A DNA stretch of 64,000 nt from the NCBI RefSeq assembly GCF_000186385.1, contig NC_014958.1, positions 2,487,077 to 2,551,076 on the forward strand, in the 5' to 3' direction. The stretch is from Deinococcus maricopensis DSM 21211 (GTDB lineage: Bacteria; Deinococcota; Deinococci; Deinococcales; Deinococcaceae). Under the pieces are notes generated by a model that had not been told where the DNA came from, did no database searches, and worked only from the letters and a program-made list of their open reading frames with translations. Shown piece by piece: positions 11,370 through 20,934 of the stretch (positions are counted from its first letter, which is position 1; each line of letters begins with the position of its first letter). A program made the translations under genes and the position numbers.

Positions 11370-12232
11370 TGCAGGCCGCCCGCAACTCCGCCCACGTAAC
11401 GCACACTGTGAGTGCGCGCCGCAAGGCCAGCAACGCCTTCGCGGGCATCATGATCGGCCTGGGCACCCTGATCGTGATCGCGCCGCTGGTGCTGATCTTC
11501 GTGTACCTGATCAGTCAGGGCGTCAGCTCCCTGAACGGGGACTTCTTCACGCGGACGCCCGCGCCGGAAGGCGAGGCGGGCGGCGGGTGGCTGAACGCCA
11601 TCACCGGGTCGCTGGAGATGCTGGCCATGGCGAGCGTCATCGGCGTGGTCGTCGGCGTCGCCGGCGGGCTGTTCCTGTCGGAGTTCCCGCGCCACCCGCT
11701 CATGCCGACCATCCGCATGGTCAGCGACGTGCTCGCAGGCATTCCCGCCATCGTGATGGGCCTCGTGGCGTACGGCCTGATCGTCCTGAAGTTCGGCTTT
11801 TCGGGCTTCGCGGGCGCGCTCGCGCTGGGCCTGCTGATGATTCCCATCGTGGTCCGCACCACCGAGGAAGTCCTGAAGCTCGTGCCGCTCAGCGTGCGCG
11901 AGGCGGGCCTCGCGCTGGGCCTGCCGCAGTGGAAAGTCATCATGAGCATCGTGCTGCCGGCCGCGCGCGGCGGGATCGTCACGGGCGTGATGCTGGCGCT
12001 CGCGCGCGTCGCGGGCGAGGCGGCGCCACTGCTGTTCACGGCGTTCGGCAACAACCTCGTGAACCTCGACCCGTCCAAGCCGATGAGCGCGCTTCCGCTG
12101 GAAATCTTCCGCGGCGCCACGAGCGCGTACGACGAGAACCAGCGCCTCGCGAAGGCGGGCGCGCTGCTGCTCATCACGCTGATCTTCGTCACCAGCCTGC
12201 TCGCGCGCGCCGCCAGCAACCGCCGCAAGTAA
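11366..12232 (+). CDS. pstA: phosphate ABC transporter permease PstA
   Basis: ATG overlaps the pstC stop (ATGATG/TGA); [11 protein letters not shown]...; permease. Confidence 0.9.
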   Translation: MMQAARNSAHVTHTVSARRKASNAFAGIMIGLGTLIVIAPLVLIFVYLISQGVSSLNGDFFTRTPAPEGEAGGGWLNAITGSLEMLAMASVIGVVVGVAGGLFLSEFPRHPLMPTIRMVSDVLAGIPAIVMGLVAYGLIVLKFGFSGFAGALALGLLMIPIVVRTTEEVLKLVPLSVREAGLALGLPQWKVIMSIVLPAARGGIVTGVMLALARVAGEAAPLLFTAFGNNLVNLDPSKPMSALPLEIFRGATSAYDENQRLAKAGALLLITLIFVTSLLARAASNRRK

Positions 12233-12263
12233 CGCGCGGCCTCTCCCCCACCCGGAGGTTCCC

Positions 12264-13019
12264 ATGACCATCCTGCAAACCAAGAACGTGAACATCTACT
12301 ACGGCGAGAAGCAGGCCGTGAAAAGCGTCAGCATGGACATCACGCGCGGCACCGTCAATGCCCTGATCGGTCCTTCGGGCTGCGGCAAGACGACGTTCCT
12401 GCGCGCCCTGAACCGCATGCACGACCTCACGCCGGGCGCGCGCGTGGAGGGCGACATCATCCTCGACGGGCAGAACGTGTACAGCGGCGACATCGACCCG
12501 GTCGTCATCCGGCGCCGCATCGGCATGGTGTTCCAGAAACCCAACCCGTTCCCGACCATGAGCATTTTCGAGAACGTCACCAGCGGCCTGAAACTCGTCG
12601 GCGTCCGTGACCAGCGGACCCTGATGGAGGTCGCGGAACGCTCGCTGCGTCAGGCGGCGTTGTGGGACGAGGTCAAGGACCGCCTGAAAACCCCGGCGAC
12701 CGGCCTGTCCGGCGGGCAGCAGCAGCGCCTGTGCATCGCGCGCGCGCTCGCGGTGGAACCGGAAATTCTGCTGATGGACGAACCGACCAGCGCGCTCGAC
12801 CCGCAGAGCACCGCCCGCATCGAGGACCTGATGGGCGACCTGAAGAAGGTCACGACCATCATCATCGTCACGCACAACATGCAGCAGGCGGCGCGCGTGT
12901 CCGACACGACCAGCTTCTTCCTGAACGGCGACATGGTGGAGCGCGGCGCGACCAGCGACATCTTCACGAGCCCGCGCGACGAACGCACCGAAGCGTACGT
13001 GACGGGACGCTTCGGTTAA
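12264..13019 (+). CDS. pstB: phosphate ABC transporter ATP-binding protein PstB
   Basis: Walker [10 protein letters not shown], signature LSGGQQQR, Walker [12 protein letters not shown]. Confidence 0.95.
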   Translation: MTILQTKNVNIYYGEKQAVKSVSMDITRGTVNALIGPSGCGKTTFLRALNRMHDLTPGARVEGDIILDGQNVYSGDIDPVVIRRRIGMVFQKPNPFPTMSIFENVTSGLKLVGVRDQRTLMEVAERSLRQAALWDEVKDRLKTPATGLSGGQQQRLCIARALAVEPEILLMDEPTSALDPQSTARIEDLMGDLKKVTTIIIVTHNMQQAARVSDTTSFFLNGDMVERGATSDIFTSPRDERTEAYVTGRFG

Positions 13020-13074
13020 GACTCTCCCGGGTTGCACCTGACACGCGGCGCACAGCCCTTTAGGATGATCAAGC

Positions 13075-13749
13075 ATGCGAGACGCCCTCAACACCAGCAT
13101 TCACGACGTCACCGCGCGGTTCCTGCGTATGCAGAGCCTCACGCTGGAGCAGATCGCGCACATCCGCACCGCCCTGACCGAACGGCACTACGTGGGCCTG
13201 GGTGCGCGCGTGAGCGAACTGGAGCAGGAAATTGACGTGCTGGAACGCGAGGTGGAGCAGGCGTGCCTTACGGCCATCGCCCGCTACCAGCCGGTCGCGG
13301 GGGACCTGCGGTTCTTCCTGATGGTGTTTAAGAGCCTCGCGGACCTCGAACGGGCCGGGGATTACGGCCGGCACATCGGGCGGGACCTGGAGGAACTGTC
13401 GAGCACCATGCGCAGCGGCCCCCTTACGGACGTCCTCCCGATGATGAACGTCCTCGGGGAGATGGTGGAGCGCCTCGCGTACGCCTTCGCGGAGCACGAC
13501 GCGGACGCTGCCCGCACCGTCATGCGCCTCGACATCGAGGTGGACGCACTGTACGAGCAGCTGCAGCGCGCGAGCCTCACGCGCATTCTGGAAGACCCGC
13601 GTGAACTGCAGGCATCCCTGAAGACGACGCGCATGGCGCGCAGCCTGGAACGCCTCGGGGACCACGTCGTGAACGTGGCGGAGCGCGTGGACGCCTTCCT
13701 GGCAGCGCGCCCCGGCGCGGAGACGGCCCCGTCCGAAGCGGCCGGTTGA
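13075..13749 (+). CDS. phoU: phosphate signalling complex protein PhoU
   Basis: 224 aa, two PhoU repeats; operon position after pstB; one CTGACAC half-site at 13037-13043 upstream. Confidence 0.9.
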   Translation: MRDALNTSIHDVTARFLRMQSLTLEQIAHIRTALTERHYVGLGARVSELEQEIDVLEREVEQACLTAIARYQPVAGDLRFFLMVFKSLADLERAGDYGRHIGRDLEELSSTMRSGPLTDVLPMMNVLGEMVERLAYAFAEHDADAARTVMRLDIEVDALYEQLQRASLTRILEDPRELQASLKTTRMARSLERLGDHVVNVAERVDAFLAARPGAETAPSEAAG

Positions 13750-13762
13750 CGCCAGGGCGCCA

Positions 13763-13803
13763 AAAGGAGGGAGGCCGCAGGTTCACTGCGGCCTCCCTCC
13801 TTT
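13763..13803. terminator. bidirectional GC hairpin terminator (phoU / protease convergent)
   Basis: AAAGGAGGGAGGCCGCAG-gttcac-CTGCGGCCTCCCTCCTTT, perfect 18-bp stem. Confidence 0.7.
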
Positions 13804-13830
13804 CCTGACGCGAGCGGTGTCTGCTCGGCG

Positions 13831-15345
13831 TTACTTCTGTTCGACGAGCTGGAAGTTGCCGCTGCCGCTGTAGCTGTACACTTCCCAGCGGTACGTGCCG
13901 TTCGCGGCGTTGTAGGTGATGCCTTCGCTGCTGCTGCTGCCTTCGCTCGCGGCGACGTCCGTCCAGGTCGTGCCGTTGAGTTTCTGCAGGTACAGGTCGA
14001 AGTCGGTGTTGCTGGGGCCCGTCAGGGTGGCCTTGAGGGTGCCGCCCGCGTACGTGAAGCCGTTCATGCCCGGCTGGAACGAGGAGACGCCGCGGCCACT
14101 CAGCGTGCCGGTATAGGTGGTGGTGCCGCCGGTGGGGGGCGGCGGGGTGGTGCCGCTGCCGGTGTACAGCAGCAGGTTGGGGCTGCCGGTGCCGGCGTTC
14201 GTGACCTTGTTGGGTGTGGCGTTGCCCTTAAGGGCGCTCGCGACCTGCGCGGGCGTGGCCGTGGGGTTGGCGGCGAGGTACAGGGCGGCGCCGCCGACGA
14301 CGTGCGGGGTGGCCATGCTGGTGCCACTGATGGTGTTCGTGGCGGTGTCGCTCGTGTTCCAGGAGCTGGTGATGTTGCTGCCGGGCGCGAAGATGTCCAC
14401 GCAGCTGCCGTAGTTGCTGAAGCTGCTGCGCGCGTCGGTGTTCGTGGTGGCGCCGACCGTGATGGCGCTGGGGGCCCGGGCGGGGCTGACGTTGCAGGCG
14501 TCCTGGTTCTCGTTGCCGGCGGCGACGACCATGGTGAGGCCGCTGTTGGTGGCGTTCAGGATGGCGGTGTCGACGGCGCTGCTGGCGCCGCCCCCGAGGC
14601 TCATGTTGGCGACGCCGGCGCCGCTGCGGTTTTTGGCAGCCCAGTCGATCCCGGCGATCACGCCACTGTTGCTGCCGCTGCCCTGGCAGTTCAGGACCTT
14701 GATGGCCACGAGCTTCACGCCCTTCGCCACGCCGTACGTGCTGCCGCCGACCGTGCCGGCCACGTGCGTCCCGTGCCCGTTGCAGTCGGTGTTCTGCCCG
14801 TCACCGCTGGTGTTCGTGCCCCACGAGGCGCGGCCGCCGAACTCGTTGTGCGTCGTGCGGATGCCGGTGTCGATGATGTACGCCGTGACGTTACTGGCGG
14901 TGGTGCTGTAGGTGTAGCTGCTGTCGAGGGGCAGGTTGCGCTGGTCGATGCGGTCGAGGCCCCAGGTGGCGCCGGTCTGCGTGGCGTCCGCGCGCACGGT
15001 CGCGTCCTGCTCCACGTACGAGACGGCAGGGTTGCTCTTGAGCTTGGCGAGGTTGGCGTCGCTGAGTTTCGCGGCGAAGCCGTTGAGCGCCGTGCTGTAG
15101 ACCTGCAGGACATTCACGCCGGCGGCGTCCAGGCCGAGTTGCGTGACGAGGCCGCTGACGCTCTGGGCGTTCATGTTGGCGGTGCTGATCGCGCGTTTGT
15201 TCAGGACGACGATGTACTGCCCGGGAATGGCGGTGCCGGCAGTGGGCGCGGTGGTGGAGCTGGGTGTTTGGGCGGTCATGTTGCCGCAACCCGCGAGGAG
15301 GAGCGTGAGGCCGAGGATGCCGGTCATGGTGAGCTGTTTGTGCAT
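13831..15345 (-). CDS. secreted subtilisin-like serine protease (S8) with inhibitor_I9 propeptide and C-terminal PPC domain
   Basis: lipoprotein-type signal [20 protein letters not shown]; catalytic D (IDTGI), H (HGTHVAG), S (GTSMATPHV); C-terminal ~100-aa pre-peptidase domain; SD GGGAGGG upstream of ATG 15345. Confidence 0.9.
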   Translation of the reverse strand: MHKQLTMTGILGLTLLLAGCGNMTAQTPSSTTAPTAGTAIPGQYIVVLNKRAISTANMNAQSVSGLVTQLGLDAAGVNVLQVYSTALNGFAAKLSDANLAKLKSNPAVSYVEQDATVRADATQTGATWGLDRIDQRNLPLDSSYTYSTTASNVTAYIIDTGIRTTHNEFGGRASWGTNTSGDGQNTDCNGHGTHVAGTVGGSTYGVAKGVKLVAIKVLNCQGSGSNSGVIAGIDWAAKNRSGAGVANMSLGGGASSAVDTAILNATNSGLTMVVAAGNENQDACNVSPARAPSAITVGATTNTDARSSFSNYGSCVDIFAPGSNITSSWNTSDTATNTISGTSMATPHVVGGAALYLAANPTATPAQVASALKGNATPNKVTNAGTGSPNLLLYTGSGTTPPPPTGGTTTYTGTLSGRGVSSFQPGMNGFTYAGGTLKATLTGPSNTDFDLYLQKLNGTTWTDVAASEGSSSSEGITYNAANGTYRWEVYSYSGSGNFQLVEQK

Positions 15346-15360
15346 GTGTGTTCCCTCCCA

Positions 15361-15374
15361 GGACACAGGTGTTC
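15361..15374. promoter_or_regulatory. imperfect palindrome GGACAC-ag-GTGTTC adjacent to the RBS of protease A
   Basis: conserved with the copy at 17054-17068 upstream of the paralog. Confidence 0.35.
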
Positions 15375-15840
15375 AGTCCGGGCATGACGCAAATGAAGTT
15401 GTGGTCTGACCTCCGTGTCGTATCACGGGGGTGTTTGCCCGTGGGCAAGAGCGGCCTAGACAGGTGACTTCATCGAATCTTGTGGATGAAGCGCGCGCAG
15501 AATTAGAGGTCCTTGAACGTCATCAGCATAAGAAACCCCATGCGCAGTGTCTGGAAAAAAATCGGCATTATCAGAATCTCATCATGTGGATTCATTGAGA
15601 GCGAACCACGTGATGCCAAATTCCGCAGCACTGGTCGCGACGCATCCACCGCCCCAATCAACCTACGGCCTTCACGGCAGGCTGCTCCCACTCCTGCCCA
15701 CGCGCCGTGAGCCTACTAAGACCTCTGCCCCTTCTCGCCATGCGATCACCCCTCGGTCTTTGGGTGAAGTTGAGCCGCCAGAAGGCAGGGGACGAAACAG
15801 ACCCGCAGGATCAACCTGCGGGCCCATGGCGTGTGGAGAT

Positions 15841-17034
15841 TTAGAAGAGGGTGTAGAGGAGCTTGTTGGGGCTGCCGGTGCCGATGTTGCTGAGCACGTT
15901 ACTGGTCGCGCCGTTCACGATGGCGCTGCGCACCGTGCTGAAGCTGGCGCTCGGGTTGCGCTGCAGGTACAGCGCGGCCGCGCCCGCCACGTGCGGGGTG
16001 GCCATGCTGGTGCCGCTGATGGTGTTCGTGGCGGTGGTGCTGGTGTACCACGCGCTGGTGATGCCGGTGCCGGGCGCGAACAGATCCACGCAGTTGCCGT
16101 AGTTGCTGTAGCTGGTGTCGCGGCTGTCGGTGCGGGTGCTGGCGCCGACGGTGATGGCGTTCGCGGCGCGGGCGGGGCTGACGTTGCAGGCGTTCTGGTT
16201 CTCGTTGCCGGCCGCGACGACCATGGTCACACCGCTGTTCGCGGCGTTGTTCACGGCAGTGTCGGTGGCGCTGCTGGCCCCACCGCCGAGGCTCATGTTG
16301 GCCACGCTGGGACCGCTGTGGTTCCGCGCGACCCAGTCGATCCCGGCGATCACGCCGCTGTTGCTCCCGCTGCCGTCACAGCCGAGGACCTTCACGGCCA
16401 CCAGGCGGACGCTCTTGGCGATGCCGTAGGTGCTGCCGCCGACCGTGCCGGACACGTGCGTCCCGTGGCCGTTGCAGTCGGTGTTGCGGCCGTCGCCGCT
16501 GGTGTTCGTGCCCCACGAGGCGCGGCCGCCGAACTGGGTGTGGCTGGTCAGAATGCCGGTGTCGATGATGTACGCCGTGACGCCGCTGCCGGTGTAGTTG
16601 TAGGTGTACGTGCCGTTCAGCGGCAGGTTGCGCTGGTCGGCGCGGTCGAGGCCCCAGGTGGCGCCGGTCTGGGTGGCGGTGGCTTTGACGACCTGATCCT
16701 GCTCGACGTAGGCGACGGCGGGGTTGCTCTTGAGTTTGGCGAGGTTGGCGTCGCTGAGTTTCGCGGCGAAGCCGTTGAGCGCCGTGCTGTACACCTGCAG
16801 GACGCTCACGCCCGCGGCCTCCAGGCCCAGGTCGCTGACCAGCTGCCCGGCGCTCTGCGCGCGGACGCTGCTCGCGCCGTCCTTCAGGACGACGATGTAC
16901 TGCCCGGGGATGGCTGCGGCGTTCGTGGTGGGCGCCGGGGTGGTCGCGGTGGGCGCCTGGCTGGTGGTGTTCTGGCAGCCGGCGAGGACGAGCGTGAGGC
17001 CGAGGATGGCGGTCATGGTGAGCTGTTTGTGCAT
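15841..17034 (-). CDS. secreted subtilisin-like serine protease (S8), paralog without PPC domain
   Basis: [20 protein letters not shown]; same D/H/S triad motifs; roughly 75% aa identity to 13831..15345 by eye; SD GGGAGGG. Confidence 0.9.
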   Translation of the reverse strand: MHKQLTMTAILGLTLVLAGCQNTTSQAPTATTPAPTTNAAAIPGQYIVVLKDGASSVRAQSAGQLVSDLGLEAAGVSVLQVYSTALNGFAAKLSDANLAKLKSNPAVAYVEQDQVVKATATQTGATWGLDRADQRNLPLNGTYTYNYTGSGVTAYIIDTGILTSHTQFGGRASWGTNTSGDGRNTDCNGHGTHVSGTVGGSTYGIAKSVRLVAVKVLGCDGSGSNSGVIAGIDWVARNHSGPSVANMSLGGGASSATDTAVNNAANSGVTMVVAAGNENQNACNVSPARAANAITVGASTRTDSRDTSYSNYGNCVDLFAPGTGITSAWYTSTTATNTISGTSMATPHVAGAAALYLQRNPSASFSTVRSAIVNGATSNVLSNIGTGSPNKLLYTLF

Positions 17035-17053
17035 GCGTGTTCCCTCCCAAGGA

Positions 17054-17068
17054 CACGTGGTGTTCAGG
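17054..17068. promoter_or_regulatory. imperfect palindrome GGACAC-gtg-GTGTTC adjacent to the RBS of protease B
   Basis: duplicated 5' region shared with the paralog (about 80 bp conserved upstream). Confidence 0.35.
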
Positions 17069-17383
17069 CCAGGCAGAATGAAAACAGGTTGTGGACTGAC
17101 GCTTCAATTCGTAACATCTTTGGTCATAAATGCAACGCTCGTTTGTCTAGACATATATGGCGGATGAAAATGAGCGCCCAGTGCCGCTTTTTCATGAGCC
17201 CTCTAATGAGAGGACCGTTGTTCATTTTTCAGACACAGACAACTTCCCAGTGCTTGCACGCAGCAGGTACTCTGCTGTCAACAAACTAATTCACCACGAC
17301 ACCAAAAAGACCAACTCGACCTGTCTGGACCGCAATGCAAGCCACGCCGCCATCCACCAAGGCGCAACCACTACACTGGCGCC

Positions 17384-17998
17384 GTGACCGACCGCCCCGC
17401 CGCCCCGCCCCACCTGCGCAGCGCCACCGTGCAACGCAACACCCTCGAAACGCAGATTCAGGCGACCCTGCACCTCGACGCGCCCGAACACGCCCACCTG
17501 CACACCGGCCACGGCTTCTTCGACCACATGCTCGACCAGCTGCACCGCCACGGCCGCCTCGGGCTGGACGTGCAGGCCACCGGCGACCTCCACGTCGAAC
17601 TGCACCACCTGGCCGAGGACACCGGCATCACGCTCGGGCAGGCGCTCACCCAGGCCCTCGGCGACCGGCGCGGCATCGAGCGGTACGGCAGCGCCTTCGT
17701 CCCCATGGACGAAACCCTCGTGCACGTCGTCGTGGACCTCTCCGGCCGCGCGCACCTTGCCTTCGAACCCGAGCGGCTCGACGTCTGGGGCGACGCGGGC
17801 GGCATGACCCACTACCACCTGCGTGAATTCCTGCGCGGCCTGTGCAACCACGCAGGCGTCACCCTGCACGTCCGCCTGCTCGCCGGCCGCGAAGCGCACC
17901 ACGTCATCGAAGCGACCATGAAGGCCTTCGCGCGCGCGCTGAGGGACGCCGTGCGCCGCACGTCCGACGCGCTTCCAAGCACCAAGGGGGCCCTGTGA
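17384..17998 (+). CDS. hisB: imidazoleglycerol-phosphate dehydratase
   Basis: GHGFFDHMLDQL, HHLAED... IGPD motifs; 204 aa. Confidence 0.93.
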   Translation: MTDRPAAPPHLRSATVQRNTLETQIQATLHLDAPEHAHLHTGHGFFDHMLDQLHRHGRLGLDVQATGDLHVELHHLAEDTGITLGQALTQALGDRRGIERYGSAFVPMDETLVHVVVDLSGRAHLAFEPERLDVWGDAGGMTHYHLREFLRGLCNHAGVTLHVRLLAGREAHHVIEATMKAFARALRDAVRRTSDALPSTKGAL

Positions 17999-18633
17999 GC
18001 GCCCGCACCCTGCTGCTCGACTACGGCGCCGGAAACGTCCGCAGCGCCCACAAGGCCCTGGAACGCGCCGGGTTCGACGTGACCGTCAGTGCCGATCCCG
18101 CTGACGTGGCGAGCGCCGACGCGCTCGTGGTGCCCGGCCAGGGTCACTTCCGTCAGGTCATGGACGCGTTCGACGCGAGCGGCTTCCGCCAGCCGATCCT
18201 CGACGCGGCGCGTGCGGGCGTGCCACTGCTCGGCATCTGCGTCGGCATGCAGATGCTCCTCGACGGCAGCGAGGAGGCGCCGGGCGTGCGCGGCCTGGGC
18301 CTGCTGCCCGGCACGGTGCGCCGCTTCGATGCGGCCACCACCGAGACGCGCCTGAAAATCCCGCAGATGGGCTGGAATAGCATCGACCGCGTCGGCGACT
18401 CCCCCCTGCTGCGTGACCTCGCCTGCCCCGCGTACGCGTACTTCGTGCACAGCTACTACGTGCCCCTCGACGTGGACGTGGACAGCGGCGCCATCAGCGA
18501 GTACGGCGCGAGCTTCTGGTCGGTCGTGAGTCAGGGGAACATCCACGCAACGCAGTTCCACCCGGAAAAGAGCGGCGACGTGGGCCTGAGCATCCTGCGG
18601 GCGTTCCGCAAATACGTCGTGGAGGACCGCTGA
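17995..18633 (+). CDS. hisH: imidazole glycerol phosphate synthase, glutamine amidotransferase subunit
   Basis: GTG overlaps the hisB TGA (GTGA); GICVGMQ catalytic Cys, HS..YV, FHPEKS. Confidence 0.92.
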   Translation: MSARTLLLDYGAGNVRSAHKALERAGFDVTVSADPADVASADALVVPGQGHFRQVMDAFDASGFRQPILDAARAGVPLLGICVGMQMLLDGSEEAPGVRGLGLLPGTVRRFDAATTETRLKIPQMGWNSIDRVGDSPLLRDLACPAYAYFVHSYYVPLDVDVDSGAISEYGASFWSVVSQGNIHATQFHPEKSGDVGLSILRAFRKYVVEDR

Positions 18634-18718
18634 GGCCCACACGCACATGAACGCTGGATAAAGCCGTTCAAGCCGCGCCGGGAGCGTTTCCAGCATAGGC
18701 CCACGTTAAGCTGGGCGC

Positions 18719-20572
18719 ATGCCCGACACGCTTCCCCTCACGGACGACACCCTGCGCGACTTCGCCAACGGCGCGCTCGTGCGCCCCGACCAGCTGCTCG
18801 GCGCGCATCCCGACACCCAGGGCGGCGTGACCGGGATGCGCTTCGCCGTCTGGGCCCCCAACGCCCAGAGGGTGAGCGTCATCGGCGACTTCAACGGCTG
18901 GAACCACGACGAACACCCCCTGCACCGCCACGGCTGGGGCGTCTGGAGCACTTTCGTGCCGCACGCGCACCACGGGCAGCTCTACAAATACATCGTCACG
19001 ACGCCCGACGGCCGCGCCGTCCACAAGACCGACCCGTACGCGCACAGCATGGAACTCCGCCCCGGCCTCGCCGCGCGCGTCTGGGCGCCGGAGCCGTACG
19101 CCTGGGGTGACGAGCACTGGATGCGCACCCGCGACGCTGGCGTCACCCGTCCCATCAGCGTCTACGAGGTGCACCTCGGCTCCTGGGCGCGCGGCTGGTC
19201 GAACGAATTCCTGAACTACCGCGAACTCGCGCACCGCATCGGCGACCACGTCACCCACCTCGGGTACACGCACGTGGAACTCATGGGCGTCCTGGAGCAC
19301 CCCTTCGACGGCTCCTGGGGCTACCAGGTGACCGGCTACTACGCCCCCACCGCGCGGCACGGCACCCCCGAGGACTTCAAGTACTTCGTGAACCACCTGC
19401 ACGAACGCGGCGTCGGCGTGCTCCTCGACTGGGTGCCCGGGCACTTCCCGACCGACGAGGGCGGCCTCGCCGCGTACGACGGCACCCCCACCTACGAGTA
19501 CGCCGACCCCCGCAAGGGCTACCACCCCGACTGGAACACCCTGATTTTCGACTACGGCCGCCACGAGGTCGCCGCGTTCCTGATCGGCTCCGCCCTCTCC
19601 TGGCTGCAGGACTACCACATCGACGGCCTGCGCGTGGACGCCGTCGCCAGCATGCTGCACCTCGACTTCTCCCGCCGCGCCGGCGAGTGGCTCCCCAACG
19701 GGTACGGCGGGAACCACAACCTCGAAGCGATCTGGTTCCTGAAACGCTTCAACGACGCCGTCCACCACCTCGCGCCCGGCACCATCACCATCGCCGAGGA
19801 GAGCACGTCGTTCCCGGGCGTCACGTCACCCACGCCCGACGGCCTCGGCTTCGACTACAAGTGGGCGATGGGCTGGATGAACGACACCCTCGCGTACTTC
19901 GAGCAGGACCCCATCTACCGCCAGTACGCGCACCACAAGCTCACATTCTTCAACGTGTACCGCACCAGCGAACGCTACATGCTGCCCATCAGCCACGACG
20001 AAGTCGTCCACCTGAAAAAAAGCCTGGTGGAGAAGATGCCCGGCGACTGGTGGCAGCGCCGCGCCGGCCTGCGGGCCTTCCTCGCGCTGCAATGGGCCAC
20101 GCCCGGCAAGAAGCTCCTGTTCATGGGGCAGGAATTCGCGCAGACGAGCGAATGGAACCATGACGCGTCCCTCCCCTGGCACCTCACGGCGTACGCCGAC
20201 CACGCGGACGTCATGACGCTCGTGCGGAACCTGAATTTCCTGTACCGGGGGCACCCGGCCCTGCACTGCGGTGACCACCACGAGGGCGGTATGCGCTGGA
20301 TCAACGCGGACGACGCGCACCGCAACGCGTACGCGTTCGCGCGCCGCGACCCGGGCGGCCAGCACGAGGTCATCGTCGTCGCGAACCTCAGTGCCGTCCC
20401 CATGTACGGTTATGGCGTCCGCGTGGACGGCGGGGCGTACCGCGCGATCCTGAACAGCGACGACCCCTGGTACGGCGGTGGCGCCATGCCCATCGGCGAC
20501 CTCCCCGTTCACGACGGGCACCTGTTCATTGACGTGCCCCCGCACGCCGTGATCTACCTCGAACGCGCCTGA
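18719..20572 (+). CDS. glgB: 1,4-alpha-glucan branching enzyme
   Basis: 617 aa; GH13 branching-enzyme motifs (DGLRVDAVASM, GNHNLEAIWF, FMGQEF). Confidence 0.93.
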   Translation: MPDTLPLTDDTLRDFANGALVRPDQLLGAHPDTQGGVTGMRFAVWAPNAQRVSVIGDFNGWNHDEHPLHRHGWGVWSTFVPHAHHGQLYKYIVTTPDGRAVHKTDPYAHSMELRPGLAARVWAPEPYAWGDEHWMRTRDAGVTRPISVYEVHLGSWARGWSNEFLNYRELAHRIGDHVTHLGYTHVELMGVLEHPFDGSWGYQVTGYYAPTARHGTPEDFKYFVNHLHERGVGVLLDWVPGHFPTDEGGLAAYDGTPTYEYADPRKGYHPDWNTLIFDYGRHEVAAFLIGSALSWLQDYHIDGLRVDAVASMLHLDFSRRAGEWLPNGYGGNHNLEAIWFLKRFNDAVHHLAPGTITIAEESTSFPGVTSPTPDGLGFDYKWAMGWMNDTLAYFEQDPIYRQYAHHKLTFFNVYRTSERYMLPISHDEVVHLKKSLVEKMPGDWWQRRAGLRAFLALQWATPGKKLLFMGQEFAQTSEWNHDASLPWHLTAYADHADVMTLVRNLNFLYRGHPALHCGDHHEGGMRWINADDAHRNAYAFARRDPGGQHEVIVVANLSAVPMYGYGVRVDGGAYRAILNSDDPWYGGGAMPIGDLPVHDGHLFIDVPPHAVIYLERA

Positions 20573-20582
20573 ACCCACGGCG

Positions 20583-20616
20583 AGCGGGCCCGGACGCCTG
20601 AGCGTCCGGGCCCGCT
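20583..20616 (+). terminator. perfect 15-bp-stem hairpin after glgB
   Basis: AGCGGGCCCGGACGC-ctga-GCGTCCGGGCCCGCT. Confidence 0.6.
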
Positions 20617-20877
20617 ATGCTGTCGGGCGTGCCTCCGCAACGCGACCCGTACGCCCTGCTGAACCTGCTGCTGCTCGCCGCGCTCGCGCTGCTGCTGCTG
20701 CTGCCCCTGCTGGGCCTCACGCGCCGCCCGCCCATCCCGCTCGTCGCGGCGCTGCTCGCCGCGCGCCTCGCCCTCACGGTCGTCCGCGCCCGGCGTGACC
20801 CCCGCTACCGTCGCCCCACCGCCTGGCTGCTCGACGCCGCCCTGGTGGCGCTGCTGCTGTTCGGCACCGAACACTGA
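20617..20877 (+). CDS. small Leu/Ala-rich putative membrane protein (doubtful)
   Basis: 86-aa ORF starting immediately after the terminator hairpin; (CTG)n-rich low complexity; may be a GC-frame artefact. Confidence 0.2.
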   Translation: MLSGVPPQRDPYALLNLLLLAALALLLLLPLLGLTRRPPIPLVAALLAARLALTVVRARRDPRYRRPTAWLLDAALVALLLFGTEH

Positions 20878-20883
20878 CGAACA

Positions 20884-20915
20884 CGCAGGCACCGCCGTCG
20901 TTGGCGGTGCCTGCG
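20884..20915. terminator. bidirectional hairpin between convergent genes
   Basis: CGCAGGCACCGCC-gtcgtt-GGCGGTGCCTGCG. Confidence 0.55.
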
Positions 20916-20934
20916 TGGCCTCACTCAGCGGTCG

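Noticed and set aside
15547-17289. 580-aa plus-strand ORF across the second protease locus
   Set aside because: Antisense to a well-supported S8 protease and Gly/Ala/Arg-rich; the start lies in non-coding low-GC DNA.
17035-17383. Low-GC segment upstream of protease B as a mobile element or RDRM-containing damage-response promoter
   Set aside because: No inverted terminal repeats, transposase or integrase remnants, and no TTATGT..ACATAA-type RDRM palindrome found; treated as a promoter/flank region.
20617-20877. 86-aa Leu/Ala-rich ORF as a real membrane peptide
   Set aside because: It starts in the first nucleotide after a terminator hairpin and is built from CTG/GCG repeats. It is kept only as a very low-confidence feature.
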